NCBI GenBank assembly: GCA_016748015.1
Contig: JAAOMT010000198.1
Coordinates: 294,797 to 358,796 of the forward strand
DNA: 64,000 bases
Reading direction: 5' to 3'
DNA from: Geosiphon pyriformis uo1
Lineage: Eukaryota > Fungi > Glomeromycota
Both the position numbers and the translations under genes were made by a program. Positions 1 through 14,700 of the stretch are shown here, piece after piece. Each line of letters opens with the position of its first letter. The stretch's first letter is position 1. The notes below the pieces were generated by a model. The model saw only the letters and a program-made list of their open reading frames with translations, did no database searches and was not told where the DNA came from.

Positions 1-1306
1 TGAATATATAATGTAATCTTGATTGGCTTAAATGACTGATTATATATAATAAGCACATGGGCCATATTTAGTTTAAATTACTTAGTCTGCTTTTATATAT
101 TAAATAATAATTAGATTATATTTGTTAATAAAAATAATAATAATAATAATAAATATAAATTTTTACAAAACAACATAAAAATTCAATAATTTTTTACAAA
201 TATTTATGCTTACTATATATATAAAAACAATTTAAAAAATTTACTTTATTTTAATAAAAATACAAAACACTAAAATATTTTTGTTGTATAATTATTTTTA
301 AATTACAATAAATAGTTTTTTGTATATTATTTTTATAATATAAATAAAAATCATATGTAAATTAGAATATTATATTAAAAAAATACAAATTCGATCAATA
401 TTTTTAATTATAGTTCTATTAATAATCTTAATATTAAGTATTTTTAAACACTATTATATTATTAGTTTTAACAAATTTTTTTAAACAAAAACAAAAAGCA
501 ACAAAGCTAAAAAGCTATATTTCTAACAAGTTTATTAACATATTTATTATCAAAAATGGCTGAATATTAATATTATTATAAATATTAAAATTTAAATTAT
601 TTTATTTATAACCATTTTTTTTGGTTTAAATAAATTATTTTTAAGTTATTTACTGTATTTAAAATTATTATAAACTGTTTACCAGTTTAATTTTATATGA
701 TTTAATCTATTATGTTTGTTTTATTATATTTAATAAAATTTTTAATTTTAATTTTAATTTTTTAAAAATTCAAATATTAACATTAATTTGTTTAATAATA
801 TAAGTTTTTATTATTGGCTAATAAAACCAAAATTAAAAAACTGGTTTTTTTTTTGGAAGCTTAAATCAAAACTTTTAATAAAGTAATAACTAATTTGTAT
901 AAAGATTTTGCTAAAGCTAAAGAAAATTTTGGAATATACATGTTAAATAAAAATAATATAAATGCTAAAAATAAATTTTCTGTAAATAACATTTAAATAT
1001 ATGATTGCCCTTAATTCTAATATTAAATCTAACCAAACTTTAAATAAGTGAATTTGTTTTAAATAGCAAGAATTTGAATTATTTATATGTAAAATGGGTG
1101 CATTGGAATTGTTCTTAAATTCTCATTTAACATAATATTAAGTTCAAGTGGCAGGTCACGCATGATCCATGTCTATAATGTAACTAGAATAGCGATATTC
1201 ATATTTTATGTAAGAAAAAAACCGTTTCCAAATGTATCAAGTATCGAATTTGCAACTTCAGACTATTTTCACCTTAGGCGTCTGATTTGTCACTAGAACT
1301 AAAATT

Positions 1307-4300
1307 TTATCGCATCAAAACTTCAAGACGCGCGAGGGAATTGTATGTGTCTGTGGGTAAACTGATGGAAAAAAAATACTTAGCAATTTATTCCGAGAAA
1401 ATAAGTATTTACAAATATACCTCTGCTTGATTAATCCAACAAAGGTCATCAGACTCCGAGCTTTCCGTTGAATATTTTGCATTTTCTAAGAAAGAATAAA
1501 ATCGAATCACAAATAATTCACAGCGAGGAAACAATAAATTACACTCACGCTATAGTTATCATTGTCAAAAAGTAGACCCCCAGGCGAGGCTTTCATTTTT
1601 AGCTGCTTGTGGTATTCGTACATGGATTCCATAGTCAGCACCATAAGATCCGGGATATTACGTCGAAGTTCTTTACTTGCGGTGTAAAGTTCTTGATTTC
1701 GTTTTGCCATCCCAGCCAAATCATCATCGAGTGGGAAGATATTCAGCTCTTCTATAAACTTCAAAAAATTTATGTTTTTTTATACTTGGACCAAAAAGAT
1801 TTTACAGGGAGTTTTTTCAATTACAAAAATTACCTCCAAGGCCTTAACATAATCTTTTTGGTTGAAATATCTCACAAAGTCTGTCAGATCCATAAGAAGT
1901 TCACAATCTCTGACCAGAGCAGTTCCGGAATGGTAAAGGAGGTGATCCGTTTCGTATTGTTGGAACTTTCGCTTAACAAATGCAGGATCCAATTCGGAAT
2001 CTGCGTCTGGCGAAGCCTGATGATGACTATGCATCCAAATATATTCACCAAGCATCTTGTTCAAAACCGATATTAGCGCGTCATAATCCTGTTCTCAGAA
2101 AAAAAAATAAACAATTAAAAAAAGGTTGATTCTATGTCCAAGGATAATATAACAGTTATTACCTTCGCTAATTCGAACAATTGCAGTGCATGCCTGTATT
2201 TACCGTTTTCCTCAAATTGTCTACCTAATGGCGCAATTATTTTCGCTTTATATTCGGTATCACTGTCAATACGCAAGATTTTCAAATTTGCGACTATTTC
2301 CCCTGCCTATTAATAATTATAAAAACTTGAAATACTATAAGGAATAAGAATAAGAATAATTTGTTGAAATAAGGCCTCACAATGTTTTTTCGTGGATCAC
2401 CCAATAGCTCCTCAAAACTGCATGTGTCAAAGACTAGTTGCCGAATATAGGCATGGCTCAGCTCGATTTGATGACGTCCTGCCTCTGTTTGATCATCTCC
2501 ATATAAATGCATGAAAGAGAAATAATGCACCACAAGTCGTGGATTTAAAGTATAGAATCGTTGTGCGTAGTTATATATAAGGGCATTGAAATTCAGGTAG
2601 GCACTAATCCCATCACTACTTTCCACAACTATCGTCAGTGATCAGAGCGTTAGATATGATGTGAATTTTGTTTTCAATGAGTCAGACTTGACTTACGCAT
2701 CGCCATAGTTTCTTGACTATCAGGAGCCCGAAGCAAACCATAGTAAGCAAGAGCAATTCCAAAATGTACTGCTTCTACCGAAAAGTCGGTTTTTACCAAA
2801 TAATCAACCGCCTTTACGTGATTAACCAGATTTGAATTGGAAAATTTTTTCAAGAAAAAGATGCTTAAAACTTTAGAATGAAGAGAAACGTACCCTTTCA
2901 AACTGAGCAGAAATCAGTAACACCTTGAAATATTGCACAGGGTCTTTACCATCGGATGTATAGCTGTTAGGTCCAAATTGTACAATATACTTTTGAAAGT
3001 CGCGAGCAAATACAGTTTCGTTTATCGAATCAGATTCAGAATTATCATATTGTATAATCATTAACTGGAAAAAAAGGAGGCCAATCATGATAAGTAAAGA
3101 AACAAAATCTAAAAGAATATTATGATAATCAAAAATGCATTTGGAAAAACTACATTGAACCAAAGATAATCTTCTGTTGATGGAATGGCCGTATTAGGGA
3201 ACGTGGTGAGAGATAATTGAGCCAGAATATGATACACTGTCAACTTGTAATAATCCTGGGGGTGCTTCGCTGAGAGCTTAATTCGTTGTTTGATTTCTGC
3301 TACCAATTGCTCTCGTGTGTCTCTTGACAATCTAACCGAGACAATAATAAATTAGTGATATAACTTATTTTTTCTATCAATAAAAAATAGCATAGCAAGT
3401 TTTTGACCTCCTATTTTTTTGCACATAATCGGTGAAATATGTCAGGAAGGGTTTATCATTTCTATGGAAGAGACGTTCGTTGTCACGTGCTACTTCTAAT
3501 GCTTCATTCAAAAGTCCAACTCGAATAAGAGTAAATATGACACCCCATATCGGGATTTTTTCAGCATTGGTCTATTAAAAAACTTATATTAAACATAAAA
3601 GATACGGAAATATTCCGCAAGCATGTTTTTAAAATTACAGATTGGACTGAATTCAGTTCGACTTACTTCCAAGTGATCCAAAGTTTTACCGCCGTTTGGA
3701 CGATGATTAGCACGCATAAAAGCCTCAGCTTTATTTCTTGGAGAAGGGACTCCACCCATGTGAGCTTCCTTCCGATGCCCTGCAATATAATCCTCCAAAA
3801 ATTGTTTATATTGTTCTTCCAGATACTGTCGAGATCCGGCAAGCAATCGTTTTTCCAATTCATTATAGCCTGGCTGAATGCGGGATTGATATGGATTTGC
3901 AAATTGTCGTTCTTTTAAATGATTTCGCTGAAATTGTCCTTCAAGCACATTTTCTTCCCCCACTATTCGGGCAAGGGCACGCCAGCACTCGATTATTAAT
4001 TTATTCTGTTAAATAGAAAAGGCTATTTAACGATTTATAATTAGGATACGACTGCCTATAAGCGATTTAATTTGATTAAGCCTACTCCTCTTTCTGAACT
4101 AATTTTCCGTGCAGCATTCTCAAATGAATTGAGTACAGCAAAATCCACTCCACGAACTCTGCTTGCATTCAATTTTACCACAGCTTCAGAATAATGGCCC
4201 ATCCGCGAATTTAATGTTCCAATAGCTTCAGATCTAGGGATCATCAGGGCCTTGCCATTGGGCCACGAAGTGGGTGCAGCTCTCTAAGGTGGAGTGTATA

Positions 4301-5124
4301 TGTAAGTTTTTCGTGATCAATATCAGTCAAGAATGACATAAAATAACTAACCAGACTTGGACCCCCAGTTTTTGGGGTTTCACCACGATATGGAGTAAAA
4401 CTCGAGTCTTGATCGTTTATGCTCCCATGAGTAAATGGTTGATGCTGTCCGAGTTCCTCGAAGACCTTGATTTTGCTCCTTTCCCAATCGAGGTTTAGAG
4501 ACCGTTCAAATTCGTCATGATAATCTTGAATTGTCTATCCATGGGGTCGAATTGGTTATTGTGAGGATAACAGGAAAGCAAAAAACGCTCTATGTAGTGC
4601 ATCCCAAGAATTAGCTCAATTGACCTGATTGTGGCCGTCTTGTATTATGCTAGTGACAGTGCTTCGGTATTTGTACTCAACATAGTTCTGAGAAAATGTG
4701 ATTGAGTCAATTATGAAAATGAAAATTATCTTTCAAATCTATCACCTACCGTGGTATCTGCCTCAGATATGAGTTCACGAGGTTCAAAGGTACCCAAGAC
4801 ATTAATGCTACGTACTGTTTGGGATAGTTTGTCACCATCGATCCCTATGTTTGCCAAGAAAAACGGACTTAATCATGAATAATTTTCAGTTAGTTTTGGA
4901 GCAAAAGTGAATTCCAAGCGGAAACATTTGCAGCATTCAATTACACACGCTTTTTTTTCTGGACTCTCTCCAGGTTTATTGATTTTAGAAGCGAATTTAC
5001 GTGATTGAGTTTCTATTTCCTCTAAATTTCTCTCTATCGGAGGTAGATCTTTCTTTGCAGAAACGCTATTTGCTATATTTTGTGATTTTTCTAATAAATG
5101 TCTCAGAATTGCGTGTTTTGACAT
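1307..5124 (-). CDS. NIC96: Nucleoporin Nic96/Nup93 (multi-exon; span from start to stop)
   Basis: ATG at 5124: MSKHAILRHLLEKSQ...DLPPIERNLEEIETQSRK. Internal exons include GSRQYLEEQY, DYYKLTVYHIL...STEDYLWF, YFKVLLISAQFE and VEAVHFGIALAYYGLL. The last exons read QRKARSLMTFVGLIKQ / LPTDTYNSLARLEVLMR* (TAA 1307-1309). Short GT-AG introns. The motifs match the Nic96 family from knowledge. Confidence 0.92.
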
Positions 5125-7736
5125 TGCAACTTTGACTTTTTTATAAAAAGAGAATCAGTGCTTTTGTCGGCGCGTATAAGGGCTAGCGGATATCTGATTC
5201 AAAAATGCTGTGTTTATTTAAATTTATAATATATTTATTTCATAAAACAATCAAAATTTTGAAAAATCAAAAATATTGATTTTAGGTTTTTAATCACATT
5301 ATTTAAATTATTATGGTAATTTATTTATTGCTAAGTTCTATATTAGGTTTAATTAATTTATTTATTTATTTTTGTATAATTAATTATTAATCATTTTATA
5401 TTATAATATTTATTTTACAAGTTTGGTATTATTAAATATTTATTATTTTATTAATAATAATTATATAAAAATAACTTTTTTTCTTTCATATTTTTATGAT
5501 CACAGCCAAAACAAAGTAAGAAAGTTATAACTTCTTTATTTTTTAAAGCAACTAGTAATATTTTTACTAATAAAGCACATATAATTATTAAAACTGCTTA
5601 ATAATACTTTGTAAAAATGCTTTTCTTAAATAAAATAATTATTAGTTGTTAATTTTAAAACATTTTTTCGGCTTTAAATAAAGTTTTTTTTATTTTAAAG
5701 TTTTTTTAAAACAGTATATTAAGAATAATTTTAATGTAATTACTATTTTATTAAAAAGTTCCAGAATTTTTAATTATAAGTTAATAATTAAACTATTGTT
5801 TTTTTTATTGTTTTTTTTTATTGTTATTTAAATAATAATAAAAATTAAAATAATAAAAAATTAATATTTTTTTCTATTTTATAATACCAAAAAAATTTTT
5901 TTTTAATCTTTTTAAGTTTTTGTTTTAAATAATAACAATAAAAATATATTAATTAATTTTAATTTAAATTAATTTTTAATTATATTTTTTAATATATTAA
6001 TATTTAATTAATTTATTAGATTAGAAAACAAATATATATTATATTATTATTGATTATTATAAAACTATTTTTCTCTCTTTTTAGTAAAATATATAATTAA
6101 ATATTTCATAATAATATTATCTTATATTATAATAATATGTTATTTATAATATATAATTATAGCATAATATAATTATTTTAACTTATTGCATTGTTCTATT
6201 TATATAAAAATAATCACAAATTTATGTCTAATTTAATATGTCTTTTATTTTCTAATTTAATACATTTTTTATTTATATCTTTTATTTTCTAATTTATTAT
6301 GTCTTTAATATTGTATTTTTGATTTTATTTATTATTAAACTCTTCTAATATGCAAGTTTTTCTAACTATATCATAATATAACAAATTTTATATTTATGAA
6401 ACTTATACAAATTAACATTAGAAATTTTACAATATATTTAAATATAATTATATAATAAACACAAAAATTCAGTATACCAAAATTTTAATTTATGTACTAA
6501 GTACATTAATACATAGAAAAAATTTCAGTATAAATTTTTGCAAGAAATTAAAAAAATTAAAGAATACTTAACAATTTCAATTCTAATTCAAAATTTTTTG
6601 TATTTTTTATAACCAATACTATTATCTTAAAACTTTAAAACCATTTAAACTATCTTAACTTCAATTATTTTAAAGGCAATTAAAAAGATTATTGTAAATA
6701 ATATAACTTTTTTTAATGTTTTAACACAGAAAAAACTATAAAATTATTAATACAAGTAATAAAAAACTTACTAAATTTTAACAAATATATAATTCTACTA
6801 TTGACTTGAAAATTTAACATAATTTTCTGATTTGTATCACAAATTTCAAAAAAATTTTGTATAATAAGACTAAAAAAATAAAAAATATTAAAGCATTATG
6901 TAAAATACCAAAGTAAAAATTAGGCAAAAAGCAAAAATCTTGAAAAAACATCAAAAATTTATAAAGTATAACTTATCTAGTTATTTATCTTTTTTGATTT
7001 AATATTTAAAATTATATAAACATATTTATAAATATATTAAGTTTAAAACTATAAACAAAAAATAGAATTATTAAAACTATTAATTATTTTTATAAAACTC
7101 TAAATTCAAAATATAATAAATATTTTTTTTATATTACTCTAAATAATTATTTATTGTCATATTAATCAACTATAATATTAGTAAAAACTTATTATCATTC
7201 AGCCAATATAACAATTATTTCTGTTTTATAAAAAAAAATTATTATAATAATTATTAGTATTTTGCTTTAGTAAAAAAAGTTAAATAATTTGTAATTTTAT
7301 TTCTATTCAATCTGTAATTATTTTATTAATAAACTTAAGTAATACAAATCATATTTTTTGTAATAATTAACTATTAATTTTTATTTATCTATAATATAAA
7401 ATTAGTACAAGCTTTGTTATTTATATAAATAATTTAAATTTATTGATATAAAATATTTATTTTGATAAAATATTAAAAATTAATAATTAAATCAAACTTA
7501 ATTGAGTTTTTTTAGTTAATAAAAACTCAAATAAAATTTTTTGCGATATAAAAAACATTTTTAAATATTGTAAAATATTTTATGTATTTAATTTTAATTA
7601 TTTTTCAATTAGAATATTTGCTTTTGATCAATTAACATATAATTTAATTAAGTATAATATGACAATACTTTCTTAAAAACTTGTTAAAATAATATTACCA
7701 ATTAATAAATATAGTTCTTATTTTAATTCTTAAAGC

Positions 7737-10700
7737 TAAAGTTTCAATTAAAACAAATTGAACCAAACTTTGGGTATTGTTTAAGTTCGGTTTAAATTAT
7801 AAACTAAACTAATTTTTTAAAATAGGTTTAATTCGAATTTAGCATTGAATCTTTTTGACAAGTTTGAATTTAGTTCAAGTTTGGTTTAAAATTCACAAAC
7901 TTGTTCAAGTTTGATAATATTAAAAAAAGATATAATTTATACTATTTGTTCATTAATTATTATTTTGTTTAATTATTATAATCAATTAAAAAAATATATA
8001 AAACTATACATATATAATAATTCTACTCTTTAACTTACCAAAATGAATTTATTGTCATCATTATCCAATGTTACTAAAGATTTAAAATCCAAAATAATAA
8101 AATTTAATAATCTAAATAATTTAAATATTAATATATTTGGTAAACATAGTTTTCAGAATAAAATATAGAAATATTTTAATATGTTTGAGTAGATAAAAAA
8201 AACAGCTAAATATACAGTCTCAAAATATATACATAAACTATTTTCTTGTAGAACTACAAATATTATTAAACTTTTATAGTATTATTTAAAAATTTTTTAC
8301 TAAACAATATATGTTATAATAAAAAAATATCATAAAAAAAGACAAAATATGCAGAAAAATCATAATTAAAGAAATATTTTAATAAGTAAGATTGTTATTT
8401 TTTTTTATAATTTTTGGCCAATCTAACTAAAAAACTTTTCTAGTCTTTTATAATAACTACTATTAATATTAATAATAAAAAACTTCATAATATAATTATT
8501 ATTTGGTTTATCAATTATTAGTAATTACTTTTTATAGTAAAAGACTCTAAATTAATTAAAATATTTTAATATTTGAATTTTACTTTTCAACCTGTTTGTG
8601 CTAATACAATTAAGAATAAAGTCATAAAATTTTATGTCTTAGGTAAACAAAAATTAAGAATAAATACTACTTTTATTATAAAATATTTCTTTTTTTTTAC
8701 TTTTATTTATAACATAATAAATATATTTAAGTATTATCAAGTCCAAAATTTTCTTTACATTAAATCTTTGGATATCTCTTAATAATAAAATCTTTGTTTC
8801 CATTACTATTTATTATATTAATGACAATTAGAATCTTTAATAAACAATAATTAATTTTAAATTAATAAGTGAATCACATAATTAAATAAATTTTGTGAAT
8901 AAATTTTTTAAAGTATTAAAAAATTATAGATTTATATTAAAAGTATATATGTATATTCTTACATAAATTTGGGTTAGTCAATAACCAATAATAAAATCAA
9001 CATATCATATAATATATTAATATGATTTAAGATTCAGAATTACTATAGTGTTTATATTATCAAAAATTACATTTTCTTAATATTGGCTTAAGTTGATTTT
9101 TATTATTGTTTTAAAGCTAAATTTTTAGTATTAACATTATCTAAGAATTAGAATTATTATAGTGCTCATATCATTAAAAATTATATTTTCTTAATATTGG
9201 CTTAAATTGGTTTTTATTATTGTTTCAAAGCTAATTTTTAGCATTAACATTATCTAAAGCTTATAATTATTATAGTATCTATATTATCAAAAACTGTATT
9301 TTCTTAATATTAGCTTAAGTGGTTTTTATTATTGCTTTAAGCCAAATTTTTAGCCAAAAAATTTAAGAAAGAAATTTAAAAAAGAGTTATACTTACCCTT
9401 TTTTTATACAAGTTTATCATTAATTTTATTAGTTATAACCTAATTTTTTTAACAGTTTTTTGTTATTACTCTTGATAATATTGTAAATAATAATACTTTT
9501 ATAAAAAAGTTAATGAAAAAATTAAAAAAGAAAAACATTCAATAAAACTTAGAGGACTTTTGATTTTAATGTTTTAATTATATTCCAAACTTAATAGTAT
9601 AAGTAATCTTAAATGAAATAAAGAATAATGTTTTTAAGATATTTATTAAAAACCCAAACTGAATATATTTATCTAAAATTTTTTTAATATAAACTTTGTA
9701 TAAATTAAAGATTAAAGAACTTAACTCTATAATTCATATTTTATTTCAATATTTTGAGTTTCTTGAATATATCTGTAATATATGTCAAATTAAATACTAT
9801 AAACCTATTCTAGATTGTTTACCTAATAGAATTCTACTTATAACATAGTTAAGAATAGGTTATTTCTTAAATTAACAAGTTATTTATTTTTGATTCTATA
9901 TATTTTGAATATAAAAATTCTAACTGTAAATTTATAAACATTAAATACCTTTACTAATACTTATATTAATCTTTATTAATATGCCATTTTATATGATCAA
10001 TGGGCTGTTTTTAATAAAATTGCTAAATTCTTTGAACTATTTAAAAATATTATAGTCAAAATATCAGCCAATTCAAATAATACTGTCTCTTTAATTATTT
10101 CCTTCTTTAATATCATTTTTAATTATATTAAAGACATAGTTAATAATAATAAATTTGGTAAAGCATTATAATTTTAATTGTATTTAGTTATTTATTTAAC
10201 ATATTTAATATTAAATTTATTACTTAATATAACAGCTAAAACAGCAAAAAAAAAGTTGGTTAAATATTACTCTAAAACAAATACAATTGTAATACTCTAT
10301 ACTGTATTGGATTCAAGAAAAAAATTCTAATATTTTACAAAAAGAGAATTTTTAGATAATGATATTAATAAAACAAAAGAATTATAAATTATTAATTTAT
10401 TCAAATGGTTTTATTTTCCAACTCTTACACAATAAATAAATCTTTAGAATACATACTTTTTTTAAAACAAAGTACATACTAAATATTATACTAATATTAA
10501 ATAACAGTTTTTTGGATAATAATAAAGAAAAAAAATTTCATAAAATTGATTAATATATCTCTGAAAAAATAGCCAATAGAGAAATAGATATAATAACATA
10601 ATAGAAAATATATTACAAAAAATATTTATTTAAATTAACATTTTATTAATAATTTAATATTTAAACATATCAAACACAATTTTTTTGTCTTGTATATATG

Positions 10701-11098
10701 ATTTATAATTATTTGGCAATCTAAAAATCATCTGTTGCTTTTGAACATGTCTTTTTTGTAGCTAGAAATAAAATTACAGATATAAAATCTTACTTAGTAT
10801 CTAAAACTATAAGAACAATATAGTGTCTTTGATTATAGATACAAAGACTATTAAAAAAAATTTAAATAATAATATAATATAATATATTGTTTTTAATAGT
10901 CAAATCTGAACATATTTATGAATTTAAACCAAACTTAAACCAGACTTGTTGCATGTGTTTAGGTTTAATTCAAGTTTAGTAATTTTAAGTCTGATTCAAG
11001 TTTAAGTTCGAAATTTTGCCAAATCTTCTGTTCAAGTTTGGTTTTATTCAATGATTCAATTGAACTTGAACCAAATTAAACTAAACATTGGAACCTTA
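7737..11098 (+). mobile_element. hAT DNA transposon, copy 1 (degenerate, intron-containing transposase)
   Basis: TIRs are TAAAGTTTCAAT (left) and TAAGGTTCCAAT (right, reverse complement). The 8-bp TSD is cttaaagc (7729-7736) / ctcaaaac (11099-11106), and the empty site is present near 47515-47525. Subterminal AACCAAAC/GTTCGGTT-like repeats. Decayed motifs: FTLNLWIS (~8755, TxDxWTS), ITLDN (~9465), DCFT**NSTY (~9812, TRWNST), LDSRK (~10307) and YLAI*KSSVAFEHVF (~10709, dimerisation domain). Confidence 0.9.
9015..9355 (+). repeat. Three tandem ~114-bp units inside the hAT transposase intron
   Basis: Equivalent motifs at 9034, 9148 and 9261 (cagaattactatagtg-like). The array lies between the donor GT at 8943 and the acceptor AG at 9454-9455. 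The same array is present at about 13070-13415 in copy 2. Confidence 0.8.
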
Positions 11099-11782
11099 CT
11101 CAAAACCAAATAATTAATTTAGAGCTTATAATAAAAAACTTTTATTATATTAAAAAGATCTTGTTTATTTTTTGAAAATAAGATTTTATCTTTAAAAAAG
11201 CAATTATAATATAAAATATTGATAAAAAAAACTTTTTTTTTGCCAATATTATATTTTTAAAGCAAAATAAAAGAATATTAATAAATTTGTATTTTGGCAA
11301 TAGTTAAAAAATTATATTAAAATATGTTAATACTTTTTTTAATTACAAACAATTATATTTATCTCTGTTGTTCTATTTGTAATGCATATTTTTTAATATT
11401 TTTATTAGTTGTATTATACAAAAAATCTAATATTTAAAATAATAAGAACAATTAGTTTAACAAAAGTAATCTACTAATCCAATTGATAATTTTTCTGTTA
11501 ATTTTAGACAAGTGTTAGCTTTAAAAAGTCGTAAAATATTCTTAAAAAGGAAATAAAAAGACAATTAAATTTTTTATAACCTAAAGTTTTAAAAAGTTTT
11601 ATAATTAAAAAATAAAAAAAAACTATAAATTATATTGTATTTTTATATTCTAATTAATTAATAAATTATGTGTCATTTAAAATCATAAAGATTTTAACAT
11701 TTTTATATTTCAATTAACTAATAAAAATTTAAAATTACATGTTATATAAAATTATATAAGACATAATATTTTGAATTTTTTT

Positions 11783-14700
11783 TAAAATTCCAATTAAACT
11801 GAATTAAACTGAACTTTGGGTGTTGTTTAAGTTTGGTTTGAATTATGAACTGAACTTGAACTAAACCAACTTTTCAAAGTAGATTTAATTTAAGTTTAGC
11901 ATTAAATCTTTTTAACAAGTTTAAGTTTAGCTTAAGTCTGATTTGAAGTTCACAAATTTGTTTAAGTTTAATAAAATTAAAAAAATATAACTTGTACTAC
12001 TTTTTTATTAACTATTACTTTGTTTAATTATTATAATTAGTTAAAAAAATATATAAAATTATGTATATATAACAATCCCACTCTTTAACTTACTAAAATA
12101 AATTTATTATTAGTATCATTCAATGTTATTAAAGATTCAAAATCCAAAATAATAGAATTTGATAACTCAAATAGTGCAAATATTAATATATTTGGTAAAC
12201 ATAGTATTTAAATAAAGTATAAAAATATTTTGATAAGTTTAAGTAGATAAAAAAAAAAAACAGCTAAATACACAATTTCAAAATATGTGTATAAACCATT
12301 TTTTTGTGGAATTACAAATATTACTAAACTTTTATGGTATTATTTAGAAACTTTCTACTAAATAATATATATTATAATAGAAGAATATCATAAAAAAAGG
12401 CAAAATGTTCAAAAAAATTATAAGTTAATTGAAGAAATGTTTTGATGAGTAAAATTACTATTTTTTTTTATAATTTTTGGCCAATCTAACTAAAAAACTG
12501 TTTTAATCTTTTGTAATAAATGCTATTAATATTAATAATAAAAAACTTTATGACATGATTATTATTTGGCTTATTAATTATTAATGACTATCTTTTATAA
12601 TAGAAGATTTTAAATTAATTAAAATATTCTAATATTTGAACTTCACTTTTTAACTTGTTTGTACTAATATAATTAAGAATAGAATCATAAAATTTTATGT
12701 TTTAAATAGACAAAAATTAAGAATAAGTACTATTTTTATTATAAAATATCCTTTTTTTTTACTTATAATTATAATATAATAGATATATATAAGTACTATC
12801 AAGTCCAAAATTTTGTTTACATCAGATTTCTGAATATCTTCCAATAATAAAATTGTTGTCTCCATTACTATCTATTATATTAATGACAATTAAGATCTTT
12901 AATAAACAATAATTAATTTTGAATTAATAAGTAGATAACATAATTAAATAAATATTGCAAATGAATTTTTTAAAGTATTAAAAAATTATAGAATTATATC
13001 AAAGATATATATATTCTTACATAAATTTGAGTTAGTTAATAACCAATAATAAAATTAGCATATCATATAGTATATTAGTATCATCTGAAACTTAAAGTTA
13101 TTATAATGCTCATATTATCAAAAATTACATTTTTTTAATATTGGTTTAAGTTGGTTTTTATTATTGCTTCAAAGCTAAATTTTTGGCATAAGTATTATCT
13201 GAGGTTCAAAATTACTACAATATTCATATTATTGAAAATTATGTTTTCTTAATGTTAGTTTAAATTGGTTTTTATTATTGTTTTAGAGCTAAATTTTTAA
13301 CATTAGTATTATTTGAGATTCAGAATTATTATAGTGTTCATATTATCAAAAATTGTATTTTTTTAATATTAGCTTAAGTGGTTTTTATTATTGTTTTAAG
13401 CCAAATTTTCAGCCAAAAAATTTAAAAAAAAATTACACTCACTCTCTTTTTATATAAGTTTATTATTAATTTTATTAGTTATAATCTAATTTTTTTTGAT
13501 AGTTTCTTGCTATTATCTTTAATAATGTTACAAATAATAGTATTTTTGTAAAAAAGTTAACAAGAAAATTAGAAAAGAAAAACATTCAATAGAACTTGAA
13601 AAACTTTTAATTTTAATGCTTTAATTATATTTTAAACTTGGCAATATAAGCAGCTTTAGATAAAATAAAAGATAATATTTCCAAAATATTTGTTAAAAAC
13701 CCAAACCAAATATATTTATTTGAAATTCTTTTAATATAAACTTTGTATAAATTAAAGATTAAAAAACTTAACTTTGCAATCCATATTTTGTTCCAATGTT
13801 TTGAGCTTTTTGAATATACTGTTACCTGAGTAAAAAAACTAATTCAGAAAATATTAGAAAAAACATAATTAAAAATATAATAACTTAAAAAAATATAATA
13901 ATGCAAAATAATACAGAATAATACATTATAACTTAAGATAACACAAAATAACACATAATAACATGAAATAATTAACTATAATATAAGATAACTAGTTATA
14001 GTATAAAAAAATAAAGCAATAACAAAAATAGTAAACAATAGTTAATAATAATAAGTAATTGAAAGCAATCTTGTAAAACTAAAAAATATGTATAAAAATG
14101 AATAGTTTTAGCAGTAAAAAAAATAGACAAAGAAACAAACAAATAGAAAAATATATTTTTTTACTTATATTTATCAAATTTATTTTACCTATATATCTAT
14201 ATTACTTCAAATAAAAAAAATATTCAAAACCCAAAATTATTCATATATAATACACAAATTCTGTGTTTAAACCAAATTAATTATTTTCTTATTTTTATTT
14301 CCAGTTAGATGCTTTTAGTATAAACTGTTTCAAATAATAATAACTTAAACCAATTACTCTTAATTATGATAATTAACAATACTAATTTCTTTTATTTATT
14401 TATTTATTTATTTTTTATTTTTTATTTTTTTATTTAAAGTAATATAAATATATAGATAAAATAAATCTAATAGATATAAATAAAAATATATGTTTTTCTA
14501 TTTGTTTGTTTTTCTGTTCATTTTTTTTTACTGCTAAAACTACTAATTTTTATACATATTTTCTAGTTTTATAAGATTACTTTCACTTACTTATTATTAT
14601 TATTAACTATTGCTTATTATTTCTGTTGTTGCTTTGTTCTTTTACACTATAACTAGTTATTCTATGTTATAGCTAGTTATTTTATATTATTGTGTGCTAT

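Larger units (their letters stand above)
6020..11340. repeat. Unclassified ~2-kb interspersed repeat, copy A (about 6020-7736 plus 11099-11340, split by hAT copy 1)
   Basis: Aligns by eye to the reverse complement of about 47280-49112 plus 55909-56212. For example, the reverse complement of 6301-6480 matches about 48930-49110. Outer ends are approximate and no protein was recognised. Confidence 0.8.

Noticed and set aside
1-1100. AT-rich tract (also 34330-35600, 46275-47280 and 56212-57700) and its I/K/N/F-rich ORFs
   Set aside because: Probably ancient TE debris; no termini or motifs could be supported.
1609-2076. Plus-strand 155-aa ORF and similar antisense ORFs over genes and LINEs (e.g. 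20202-20645, 49289-49648)
   Set aside because: These are shadow frames of recognisable coding sequence on the opposite strand.
9015-9355. CRISPR-like array
   Set aside because: The units are contiguous with no unique spacers, there are no cas genes, and the context is eukaryotic.
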